Shown in pieces: positions 27,593 through 38,971 of a DNA stretch of 64,000 nt. The translations under genes and the position numbers were made by a program. Under the pieces are notes generated by a model, which was not told the DNA's origin, did not search any database, and worked only from the letters and a program-made list of their open reading frames with translations. Within the stretch, counting starts at the first letter, position 1, and every line of letters begins with the position of its first letter. This DNA is from Octopus sinensis (taxonomy: Eukaryota). The DNA is taken from NCBI RefSeq assembly GCF_006345805.1, contig NC_043008.1, forward strand, positions 71,300,001-71,364,000, in the 5' to 3' direction.

Positions 27593-27640
27593 CCACAGCA
27601 GCAGCAGCACTAGTAGTAGTAGTAGTAGTAGTAGTAGTAG
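27385..27640. repeat. (CAG)/(AGT)n compound microsatellite
   Basis: Directly visible; explains the poly-L/T/S/V ORFs. Confidence 0.95.
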
Positions 27641-28261
27641 AATTTTTTTCATTCGCAGATCATTCTTTATACGTTGCTTCTACTGCTGCGGCTGTTGCTG
27701 CCACTCATTAGTTTTAAACACATTTACACCTTATTTAGTTTTTATAATATATATTGATTTTTATGACATTTTGCTAAATCATTGCTGCTGGCCATTGAAC
27801 CAAAAGCCAACGAATATTGATAATCAAATAGTAGAGAAAAACAGAGAATTCTAATCGTTTTCGCGGAAATGGACATTTGATAGCAGGAAATATCCCCACT
27901 AAATAGTCTAACAATGCACTGAAAAATTTTATGAATTTCTATCCCACTTTAATAGGGCAGTGGGTGGTCGAACGATGGTACTTCCAGCGAACATGTAAAT
28001 TTAGTTGCTCTGGAATTTACTCAAAGCGCGCTAAAAGTCAAAACGTGATTCCATGGATTTAGTCATTATATTTTGTTTCAGTCATTAGACGGGCCACGCT
28101 GCGGCAGTGCCTTGAAGTATTTTTAGTTGAATTACTTGACCATGGAATTATTTTTTGTTAAGCCTATGGTACATATCTTATCATTCTCTCTCGGTTAAGG
28201 AGGTGTAAACGGTGTGGGGTAAAAGACAGAAACAAAGAAAAACACACATTTACCTATCACC

Positions 28262-28325
<64 letters not shown>

Positions 28326-28397
28326 CACACACGCCCCCCACACACACACACATGCACACTCACATGCATACGCAAATGCGCGCGCACAAGCACACAT

Positions 28398-28562
28398 ATA
28401 TACGACGGGTTTCTTTCAGTTTCCTTCAATGAAATCCATTCACTCACAAGGCCTTGGTCGCCCGAGGCTATAGTAGAAAATATTTATCTAAGATACCATG
28501 CAGTGTGACTAAACTCTGTACTATGTGGTTGAGAAGCAAACCTCTCACTACGCAGACACGCA
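28398..28562 (-). mobile_element. tRNA-derived SINE family B (OK-like)
   Basis: Reverse complement contains ...TATAGCCTCGGGCGACCAAGGCCTTGTGAGTG...GGAAACTGAAAGAAACCCGTCGTATATA; homologous to 33745-33905 and 40383-40530. Confidence 0.8.
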
Positions 28563-28689
28563 TGTGCCTATGAAATAACAGTCGGCGTGGGTAGTTGGAA
28601 CTGCTGTCGTATAAGTCTAAAACCCGATAGTTTATCCATTCGGTGATTTCATCACTACATTTCTCTAATATTTTTTCACTTGTGTAAAG

Positions 28690-29200
28690 GAATAAAGAAT
28701 AGATTTGAGATATATACAGCTGTAACACGGCTTTTGTATCTTAACACGTTTTGGCGTGATGTTAGTAAACCATCCAAATTTCGCATCGAACAGTAGAGTA
28801 GACAGTACAACTGTTCAGTACACCTTCAGTTTGTTGGTCAGCCTACTGTTACCCCTCTCCTACATTGAAGCACATAGCAGCCCGAATCTTGAGCATGCGT
28901 CGACTTCCTAATGAGACATGCGTACTCCGATTAAGAGAATCAACGTGGTTTAAGTAATAGTTTTCCATTTTGCATAGACATTGGTGTGCAGAGCTCTGAG
29001 ATCCTGTGTAATTGAGCTCAGTAAGATTGATGAGCTTCTATGTCATGACCTCCGCCTGCCTTGATCATTTCAGATGGGATGGAATCCCAGCCTGGTGCCT
29101 TGTCATTTTAGTAAAGCCTCATTGCCTTCTGAACCTCTGCTTCTTTTGGAGGCTCTGCCAGAAAAGTGTTGATGTCAACTTATGACACTTTTCTGGCAGA
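28690..29200 (-). mobile_element. Degenerate RTE-clade LINE fragments
   Basis: PKEAEVQKAM...DKAPGWDSIPSEMIKAGG (RT N-terminus, ~29050-29150) and LTNKLKVY*TVVLSTLLF (post-RT region, ~28780-28860). Confidence 0.7.
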
Positions 29201-29362
29201 CTATCTAAAGGAAGGAAGATAGCCAAATAAATTTATGGGAACCGTCCTAGAAGCTAATTTCCTAATCGGAATTTTAATAAAATAGGTTAAACAAATCTAA
29301 TCCATCATATCTACGTCTACACTTTGAACAGTTTCCATTATTTTGTCCAACCCCCGGGCATA

Positions 29363-30616
29363 CAGGGGTTGGACATTATAATGGAAACACCTTAAAATTT
29401 CAAACATATTTATTTTAATATGGGGTAGGACCACCTTTGGCAGTAATTACAGCTTGAATTCTACGAGATATGGACTCGTACAACGTTTGAATTGTTTCCA
29501 ACGGAGTTTTAGTCCATTCTTCTACTAAAACAGACTCCAGTGTTTGTAGTGATGATGATGGAAGATATCAACCCCTTACTTGTTCTTCTAAAATGTACCA
29601 TAAATGTTCAATAATATTGAGATCTGGGGACTGTGGTGGCTAGTTAAGATGTTCGTCTTCACTAGAATGTTCCGCGTTCCATTCCGTAACATTAGCTGTG
29701 TGAATTGGTGCATTATCATCCTGAAACATTGGGTTACCATCCTGAACCATTTTCGCAATCATAGGATGAATTTGATTAGATAAATTGCTTAAATAGTCTT
29801 CACTATTAATTCTGCCATGAAGGGAAACCATTGAACCGGTGGATTTCCAAGATATAGCCCCACCAGATCACAGCTCCTCCTCGATGTTAAACAGTTGGAA
29901 GAAGGCAGTCTGGTTCAAACGCTTCTTTTGGATATCTCCACACGTGTTCTTGTCCGGTGGTCGGAAATAGGGTAAAGGATGACTCGTCCGAGAAAATAAC
30001 ATACTTCCACTGCTCTAGGGACCAATTCTGTAGGTTTTTACTCCACTGTAAACGCCCTGCAACGTTTGTTATGAAACTAGTGGTTTTCTGATTGCAGCCC
30101 TCCCGTGAAATCTGGCTTTGTGCAGATCCTGGAGAACAGTTTTTTGTGGAAACTGGGTTCTCGAGGTGGTCATTAAGCTCTGCACTAATTCTAGTAGCTG
30201 CACTTCTGTGATCATTTGTAACAATTCGCGTAAGAGTCCGGCGTTCCTTATCTGAAAGTTTTGATTTTCTTCTGGAGTTTTGTTTCGACGAGGAGGTTTT
30301 TTTACCTCTTTCTCAAAGGATGTCATTACTTTCGAGACAGTACTTCTTGAAACACCAAACATTTCGGCTGTTTAGCGCCTAACATACGAGCACCAACAAT
30401 TTGACTTCTTTGAAAGTCCGATTTATCTCTCATTTCAATGAATTTTAATTACCTTTTTCTGATGATATCTGAAAGGAAACAGCAATTTAAGCAATTCAAA
30501 TTAAGCTACACTAATATTAAATACAAAAAAACGTAAAAATAATTAAGATTTTTAGAGATATTTCAAACTTATGATGCTATGGTGCTAGGTGTTTCCATTA
30601 TTTTGTCCAACCTCTG
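29363..30616 (-). mobile_element. Tc1 transposon (DD34E), complete boundaries, decayed transposase
   Basis: TA-flanked ~29-bp TIRs (CAGGGGTTGGACATTATAATGGAAACACC and GGTGTTTCCATTATTTTGTCCAACCTCTG); motifs FGVSRSTVSK, RAAIRKP, IFSDESSF, FQDDNAPIH, PQSPDLNIIEHLW, KGGPTPY*. Confidence 0.95.
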
Positions 30617-31014
30617 TATATATGAATTTAAAGTTTAGTCAAATAGTATACCGTATATATCCAATAAGTATCATGTCAAAACCTTCTTGAAATTTACATA
30701 AGAGAAACACTTCGTAGAACTAGTGAAACATTCGGTGAATACGTACAAATATGCAATACTGAAAAGAAACATACTTTCACTTCTACCAACGCATATTAGA
30801 AAACACAATTGTTCATTCAAGAGAATTAGTGGAGATATCAAAGCTGCACATCCCTAATACAATGAAATAAAAGTTAACTAGTTGGGTTTGCATTCAAGAA
30901 TATAATCCCATTCACTAACGTAATAAAAGCAATTCCAAATAGGATAATAACAATGCGGCACATCCATGAATTGCTCCACATTCACTTCAGTTAGTTTTAC
31001 CGATATACAAATGC

Positions 31015-31031
31015 ATTATGTATATATATAT

Positions 31032-31091
<60 letters not shown>

Positions 31092-31187
31092 GTATATTAT
31101 ATATATATATATTATATTATGTGTGTATATAATATATATAATATATTGTCTGCTATATGATAAATACGAATACGAATATGTACATAT

Positions 31188-31218
<31 letters not shown>

Positions 31219-31318
31219 CATGTGTGTGTATGTATGTATACACTCATATGTGCGTACAGATTCAAACATACCTTATACATTTACAAACACACACAGACAC
31301 ACAGACACAGACACACAG

Positions 31319-31350
<32 letters not shown>
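31015..31350. repeat. (TA)/(CA) microsatellite block
   Basis: Directly visible. Confidence 0.95.
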
Positions 31351-31351
<1 letters not shown>

Positions 31352-31799
31352 TATATGCTTATCGGTTAATACCGGTACATATCGATTCAATTTTATCGAT
31401 ATTATTTTGGTATTTTCATCTTTCAAACGTATTTTAATCTTTCAACTCAAGATTAAAATTAAATTCGATATCAAAAATACAGTTTCTATAAATTTGCGTC
31501 ATAGGAAGTGTATATGAAAAATATTTTATACGCACACACACACACATATATTGAATGTAACAACATCAGTTAAACGCCTACCATAATATCAACTACTAAA
31601 AGGTGACGCATCGGTGTAAAATGTGTGCCTGTGGAAAATATGGAAAGAAAAAAAGGACAAAGATAGAGGAGAAACAACCGTACAAATATTACATACATCC
31701 TACCTACGTATAAATATGTAAATGATTGGAATGAGAAATTGACTCACTACGTCTGGATTCATGAGTTCGAACTACAGGTGTACATATATATGTACAAAA

Positions 31800-31838
31800 G
31801 TGTGTTTATGTGTGTGTGTATATATATGCATATATATA

Positions 31839-31908
<70 letters not shown>

Positions 31909-32170
31909 TATATATAGATATATATATATATATACACATATATATATACATATATATATATATACACGTATTTTCCGTGTTGATTGTTAACAGGGAACAT
32001 ACAAACATCAATTTATATATATATATATATATTTATGTATGTATGAATGTATGTAAATATATATATATATATGTATATATATATACATATATATGTATAT
32101 ATACATACATATACACACACATGCACACATACATACACACACATGCACACATACATACACATTCATATAT
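31800..32170. repeat. (TA)/(TACA) microsatellite block
   Basis: Directly visible. Confidence 0.95.
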
Positions 32171-32744
32171 GTTTATATATGTAAGTGTGTAGTTTAAAGT
32201 GAATAACTATAAAAAGTCTTTGGTCAAACAACTGCAGTTGAACTGTCCAGTGACCTGCTTGCACCAGAACAACTAACAACGAAGATATTAGCAATTTCAA
32301 CTATAATTATTTGTAAAAGTTAATGCTACTATTCCATAAACTTTACACGAATTTATATCCAAAACAAGGAATACTATTTTTCTGTATTGTTCTTCGCGGG
32401 AGATTAATAATAACAACTGCAATACATTCAGTGTTAGAAACATCAGGTCACAACTAGATGTTTAATTAACTGTTTCTATTGAAACTTAGCGCGAAATTAC
32501 AATGTGATAAACGTAGAAGTCCCTCAATTGTTTGTAATGCACTCGAATATATTTGCCTCGTTCTACATTAAAATGACTTATAAGGGATTGCCAAAGTTAG
32601 GCGTTTTAAATGGCAAAGATAAGCGATTCTCTATAAAGTTATACAGATACACGAAGCTGATCGATTCGAAGGAGTATAGTTACAGAAAGAGTTAGAAAAA
32701 ATACGTTTATCAAACATGGGAATCAGTCACCTAAAAGATACTTA

Positions 32745-32778
<34 letters not shown>

Positions 32779-32781
<3 letters not shown>

Positions 32782-32977
32782 GCTAGCTTCTGCACGCATT
32801 TTTTTTTCTCTCCTTGTTTCTTTCCGTGTTTCTTTTCTGTGTATCTTTCTGTTGAAGAGCGTATGCTCGAAACGTTAAAGACTTGTTTTATTTATATTTC
32901 CTGAGCGCCATGCTAATACAATTGCTTGTTTGTTTCCCACCTGCCTTCGTCTTTGTCTATTTTCATAAAGCTTCCCG

Positions 32978-32980
<3 letters not shown>
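32779..32980 (+). repeat. Short interspersed repeat with hammerhead-like motif, copy 2, between (TA)n tracts
   Basis: Homologous over ~200 bp to 43720-43905 (minus) and more weakly to 8495-8660. Confidence 0.85.
32844..32881 (+). ncRNA. Candidate minimal type-I hammerhead ribozyme (A6U core variant)
   Basis: TCTTT-CTGTTGA-A-GAGC-GTAT-GCTC-GAAA-CG-TT-AAAGA: 5-bp stem I, 4-bp stem II, palindromic ACGT stem III, NUH = GUU. Confidence 0.5.
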
Positions 32981-33048
<68 letters not shown>

Positions 33049-33234
33049 TATATATATATATATATATATAGTCAATAATACCTATATCAGAACAGAAGTA
33101 CGCATGCATAAATATATACATTGCTTGCCTAGCCAGGCGGGTGGCATTATTCGAAATGTAAACGATGCAAACCGCATTGAGACCAGCGATGTTTAACAAC
33201 ACCCGACAGTCTGGTCGAGCACCTGATACCCACA

Positions 33235-33271
<37 letters not shown>

Positions 33272-33744
33272 TATGTTTACATCACTCGTATTTCATCAAT
33301 ACCTAAAATATCGATTTGAATATCAAATTTCAAAGTAACCTTCATTACTTCCCTGCTTACGTGAAAGATTTACTGTCTTTTCGAGATTGTTGGTTAAACA
33401 CTGAAAGAACATCAATGTAGGATTTCCTCTGTGAATTTTCCCAAAGAAGGAGCTACTTTCTAACAAAGAAATAAAGCTCCCTTGCTGGAAGTGAGATAAC
33501 AGCACTAGTGAAAAGTTTCATTTCGAATTGAAAAAAAAGAAAAAAGTGTAAATTTTTACGGTTTCGCTCTCGTAGTGAATTTGAAAAAGGAAGGCTGATT
33601 CCTCATTAGTATTTTAAAAGAGATATCGTAGTTCTACAAAAGTATTCTCATTGTCACGGTATCTGAAATAAATATTCATAACTGCACACTTCACCAAACA
33701 GTACTTAATGCTTGCGTATGTATTTACGTAAGGTAGATATGAAC

Positions 33745-33905
33745 GCAGGCGTGACTGTGTGATAAGTAGCTTGCTTACCAACCACATGGTTCCGGGTTCA
33801 GGCCTACTGAGTGGAACCTTACACAAGTTTTTTCTGCTATAGCTTCGGGCCGAACAAAGCCTTGTGATGGATTTGGTAGAAGGAAACTGAAAGAAGCCCG
33901 TCGTA
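33745..33905 (+). mobile_element. tRNA-derived SINE family B (OK-like)
   Basis: GGCGTGACTGTGTGATAAG...GGTTCCGGGTTCAGG...GGAAACTGAAAGAAGCCCGTCGTATA followed by (TA)n. Confidence 0.85.
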
Positions 33906-33907
33906 TA

Positions 33908-33944
<37 letters not shown>

Positions 33945-33947
<3 letters not shown>

Positions 33948-34441
33948 TGTTCCTTCTCGAGCCATGCCTGGCTCACAAGGGCCGGTTTCCCGGTTTCCTT
34001 GGCGTATAGGTTCCCCACCTGGACGAGACGCCGGTCCGTCGCAGGTGAGCTGCAAGATGCAGGAGGAAAGAGTGAGAGAATGTTGTGGCGAAAGAGTCAG
34101 CAGAAGTTCGCCATTACCTATTTCTTTATTACCCACAAGGGGCTAAACACAGAGGGGACAAACAAGGACAGACATAGTTATTAAGTCGATTACATCGATC
34201 CCAGTGCGTAACAGGTACTTAATATAGGATGAAAAGCAAAGTCGACCTCGGCGGAATTTGAACTCACAACGTAACGCAGACGAAATACCGCCCGGTGTGC
34301 TAACGTTTCTGCCAGCTCGCCGCCTTATGCCAGCCCGGCAGGTGTTTCGCTCAAAAACATACACATCATCCGGTCGGAGATTCGAACCCGCAATGCCTCG
34401 ATTGCGAGTCCGATGCTTTAACCACTGGGCCATGTGCCTCC
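33945..34441 (-). mobile_element. SINE family A (head 34330-34441, tail 33945-34118), interrupted by a family C SINE
   Basis: Reverse-complement head TGGCCCAGTGGTTAAAG...GGTTCGAATCTC has A/B boxes; the tail GCGACGGACCGGCGTCTCGTCCAGGTGGGGAACC...GAAACCGG matches the 7583 copy. Confidence 0.8.
34119..34327 (-). mobile_element. SINE family C (Meta-domain-like) with an L1/Tx1-like 3' tail
   Basis: Reverse complement: GGCGGCGAGCTGGCAGAAACGTTAG...GAGTTCAAATTCCGCCGAGGTCGACTTTGCTTTTCATCC...TAAGTACC...GTCTGTCCTTGTTTGTCCCCTCTGTG...AATAAAGAAATA. Confidence 0.8.
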
Positions 34442-34500
34442 ATATACACACATATATAAATAAATATATATATGTAAATAAATAAATATATATATATATA

Positions 34501-34546
<46 letters not shown>

Positions 34547-34619
34547 TATGTGCGTGTGTATATATATGATTCTCTGTGCGCGTGTATGTTTGTATGTCTC
34601 TATTTACCCCATTTATTTG

Positions 34620-34765
34620 TGTGTTTACGTCCCCGTAAACTAGAGGTTCGATAAAACAAACCGATAGTATAAGTACTAGGCGTAAAACAAATAAGCCCTT
34701 GGCTGGATTTGTTCGAGTAAAAGCGGTAAAATGACTGTAAACAAATAAAAGAATAAAAGAAAAGA
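34620..34765 (+). repeat. Interspersed repeat family D fragment
   Basis: GTTTACGTCCCCGTAA...CCGATAGTATAAGTACTAGG...AATAAG...ATGACTGTAAACAAATAAAAGAATAAAAG; related to the 12908-13212 arms. Confidence 0.65.
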
Positions 34766-35983
34766 AAACACTTTTCTGTTATATTTTCTGTAATGAACTG
34801 GAATATCTGTTTCGAATTTCATCAAAACTGCAGATGTGGGTTATTTCCCTCTTCACACACCCTAAAAAAATTGTAATCGTGCCACATGTATCCCATACTA
34901 CCGATTTTTATGCGCATATTCCAAAATTCCAGTCTTATTGAACCTGTTAAAAAGATTTTGCTCCTGAAAAATGAAGGTCATGGGGCTCTAAAATGTGAGA
35001 GTTAAGGCCCCTGTTGGGGGTGGGCATCTTAATGTCAACCAGAGAAGTTGAATTGTTGAGAATCTTTTTAACTTGGGTCTTATATCTATTGTTTGAATTT
35101 CTTTGAAATACGAAATATATGTTCACTGGATTTACGAATGATCACAAGAAGCAGTCAGTTACCCTACCCTAGTCGTTACCACTCCCAATGTAGGATTCCA
35201 ACCATCCAGGTGACAGGCACAGCCGTAAGATGCATTACGAATCTATAGCAATTGGAAGGGCGTGACCCAACTGAAATCAACATTAACAACTGGGTGACGC
35301 GAGGGCTAAGGAGAAATTAAAGTGTCACCTCTGGAGTTTGCAATTGAACACTATACTGATACGTAACTGGACAGAATAAATTTACAATCTATGAATGTCT
35401 TTGAATAACCAGTCACTTATCTGGGAAGGCCTTGAAATCAATGTTCCCATGTGGGGTACTATGTATGACCGAGTGATAATAAAAAAATGAAAGGAGGTCT
35501 GCAACACTGTGCAACTGAATTAGTGGAGGCAAAGATGCCTCTCATTTACTTGACAATTTATGCACCACATTGCAGAAACCACAATGTAAGTCTATGTCAA
35601 AGCAAACTGTTACACTGTTGTACCATTGAATTAGAAATAATGCTCAACTTATATGCTCGGGTAACCCTACAGCTTCCAAGAGCACAACTGTATTCGTTTT
35701 TGCTTAGATAAAATGACGAAATTGTGGATGTTAAAACCCCATGGTTGTGTCTTTCTAACTTGTAAGAAGATGAAATTTTATAAATATTACTTGATTTGTG
35801 TCTAATATATATGGTTAAAATTTCATCAACAGAAAAAATATATGAATTGTCATGGGGATTAAGGCCCTTATACATAGAATATAATTTCCAAATTTCATAA
35901 AGATCCATTCGGTACTTTTGACCTAGTTTTGGATCATAAAAGAAATGACTATAATTTGGGAGTCAAGGCACCCATTAGGTTGT

Positions 35984-36093
<110 letters not shown>

Positions 36094-36121
36094 TAGATAC
36101 AGATATATACACACATACAAC

Positions 36122-36403
36122 GATAAATTGATAGATACAACTGAGTGGGCAAACAAAAATATGCGACACAGCTTAGTGCTTTTTTATGTTGATAAGCTTG
36201 GTACTTATTCTATTAGTTTGTTGTTGTGAAGCCTGGTACTTATTCTATTAGTTATGTGGATGTAAATAAATGAACAGCAGTTATGAAGCAGTGATGAGGG
36301 AGAAGCACAAAGACACACACATAGACTTACATATATACATACATATATATATATATATATATATGATTGATTTGTTTCAGTTCCTGTCTACGAAATCCAT
36401 ATA
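36122..36403 (+). repeat. Local direct duplication, copy 1 (partner at 40155-40410)
   Basis: GATAAATTGATAGATACAACTGAGTGGGCAAACAAA...GATTTGTTTCAGTT is shared and colinear over ~280 bp. Confidence 0.9.
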
Positions 36404-38825
36404 TATTGGTGTTGGCATCCTTTTTGTCTCGGGAGACAAACAATAGAGTTGCGCATAAAATAATCTAGTCCGGATTTTATATTTGATGTCCTAATGCATC
36501 TCCTGCTGTGGGTGTGTAGTCCTATCCTGGACAAACACTCCCTCTGGCTGGTGCCGCAAATGTAGCGAAGACTTTGCCTGGCTGGTTGTAATGTTATAGT
36601 TTCTTGTTGACGTCTTTTCTTGTCTTTCCATTTCTCCTCTCTCTCTATGTCACTCCTTTGTGTTCCCTGTTTTACGGTACGACGCCAATCTCCACGGTTG
36701 CTGGCAACTGTTTCCCAGGTGGTAATATTGATGTTGCAGGCATTCCTATCCCTTTTGCAAACATCCTTGTATTGTAAGAACGGTCTTCCCACAGACCTAG
36801 TGCACCTAGCAAGCTCTCCGTTGAGTATGTCCTTGGGAATTCTGTCATCTTCCATACGGCTAACATGTCCAAGCCATCTCATACGTCTTTGTGTGAGAAG
36901 TGCAAACATGCTTGGTATTCCTGCTTGCTTGAGGACATCTTTGTTGGGGAGTTGGGCCATCACAGCAGCTGCCTTGCCAATGCGTATATTGAGCTCAGCA
37001 TCACGGGATAGGTTGTAGTGCCAAGGTAGGTAAACTTATCCACCTTCTGTAGTCTGTGGTCTCCAATATGTATGCTTGGGATGTCCGATGTAGCCTGACC
37101 AATGATGTTGGTCTTCTTGAGGTTGATAAGTAAGCCAAAGTTGATACATGCTTGCTCAAAACAGTTGATGAGCCTTTGTAGGGCTTCTTCTGTGTGTGAT
37201 ACAAGAGCGGCATCATCGGCAAATAGCATTTCCTTGATCAGGACGCTTCTGATTTCGGTCTTGGCACGCAGACGCGAGAGATTCAACATTTTCCCATCAC
37301 TTCTACTGTGCAGAAACACTCCATCATCTGATGTCTCAAAGGCATGTGACAGCAGCAGCGAGAAGAAGATGCCAAATAATGTAGGGGCAAGGACACAACA
37401 TTGCTTTACCCCATTTTTTATTTAGAAGGCGGCTGATGTTGAACCATTGTGCTGTATGGTGCCTTGCATATCATCATGGAAAGATTTGATGATCCTCAGC
37501 AGTTTTGGTGGACATCCGATTTTTTGGAGCAGGATGAAGAGGCCTTTTCTACTTACCAAGTCAAAGGCATTTGTCAGATCAATGAAGGCCATATATAATG
37601 GCAGTTCTGCTCTCTAGACTTCTCCTGAAGTTGGCGTATGGAGAATATCATGTCAATAGTTGATCTGCTTCTTCTAAAGCCACACTGCAATTCTGGATAA
37701 ATTCGAGAAGCAAGCAGTTGTAGCCTGGATAGGATAATGCGAGCAAAGGCCTTTCCAACAGTGCTTAGAGGAGATATTCCATGGTAATTGTTACAATCAT
37801 CACGGTCAACTTTGTTTTTGTAAAGCGTAATGACATTAGCATTCCGCATATTCTGAGGGGCTGTACCCTCTTCCCAGCACTGACACAGAAGCTCACGTAG
37901 GTGCCGAAGCTGGATGGTGTCTTTGCCAGTTTTGATGATCTCTAAGGAGATGCCGTCTTTTCCCGGAGCCTTGTTACTTGCTAGGGAGTCAATAGCCTTG
38001 GTGAGCTCTGTTATAGATGGCAGACTGTCAAGTTCGCACATGACTTGCAAGATCTTGACACTCACGATTGCAGCCTCAGCTACCGTTGTCTCCCGTGAGT
38101 AGAGATCCTGGTAGTACTCCAACCATCTATCCATTTGCTTGCTTTGGTCCTTAATGAGATCTCCAGTAGTTGATTTCAGAAGGGCTAACTTGGTTGCGGA
38201 TGGACCGAGGGCCTTCTTCAAACCGGCATACATCCCACGGGTGTCGCCACTGTCAGCAGCTGACTAGATACTCTGACAGATTTCCTGCCAATACCTATTT
38301 GCACTGCGTCTGTTTCCAGCTCTGAGATCCCAGCACTGAACCAATCTGGGTTTTGCCTTTCTCTCATGCCGAAAGTATGCATTGATGTGGTATACAAAGC
38401 TTCCCTGATTAAATTCCACCTACTTTCAGCAGAGGAGGTTGGGCAGCTACTGAGGGCAACCTTGAAGAAACAGCAAAACATTGTCGCAGTGTAGGGTCCG
38501 AGGTTCTGGCAGTGTTAATGCGTGGTCGGCCCATTTTCTTGGAGTGATGGACATTTCCAGGCAGAATCCTCACCCTGCTTCTTATTAGTGAATGATCTTT
38601 GTCACAATCCATGCTGTGGTAACTACGGGTCAGTTGAACAGAATTCAGAAATGATCTTCGTGTAATGATAAGATCCAGCTGATGCCAGTGGTGAGATCTT
38701 GGATGTCTCCAAGATGCCTTGTCGGATGTCTTGTTCACGAAGAATATGTTAGTGATACACAGGTTATGGTATGTGTAAAATTCAAGTAGTCACTGACGAT
38801 TGTCATTCATCATGCCAATACCAAA
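36404..38825 (-). mobile_element. RTE-clade LINE, 5'-truncated (end of APE, RT and C-terminus), frameshifted
   Basis: SWRHPRSHHWHQLDLIITRR, NKAPGKDGI, QCGFRRSRSTIDMIF, AFIDLTNAFD, NGVKQCCVLAPTLF, MLFADDAAL, RWLGHVSRME, GRPFLQYKDVCKRD; flanked by a ~80-bp direct repeat. Confidence 0.95.
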
Positions 38826-38921
38826 ACACATACACTTACATATATACATACATATATATATACGATTGATTTGTTTCAGTTCCTGTCTACTAAAATCCAT
38901 ATACATATATATATAAATATA

Positions 38922-38967
<46 letters not shown>

Positions 38968-38971
<4 letters not shown>

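Noticed and set aside
27264-27711. Signal-peptide-like poly-Leu ORFs
   Set aside because: Products of (AGT)/(CAG) trinucleotide repeats.
34365-34441. tRNA-like sequence on the minus strand
   Set aside because: It lacks a proper acceptor stem and continues into SINE core sequence, so it is a SINE head; the same applies at 7583 and 57736.
35160-35600. GC-richer block possibly derived from an old LINE
   Set aside because: Only a weak PVTYLG-like word was found, and no convincing motif series.
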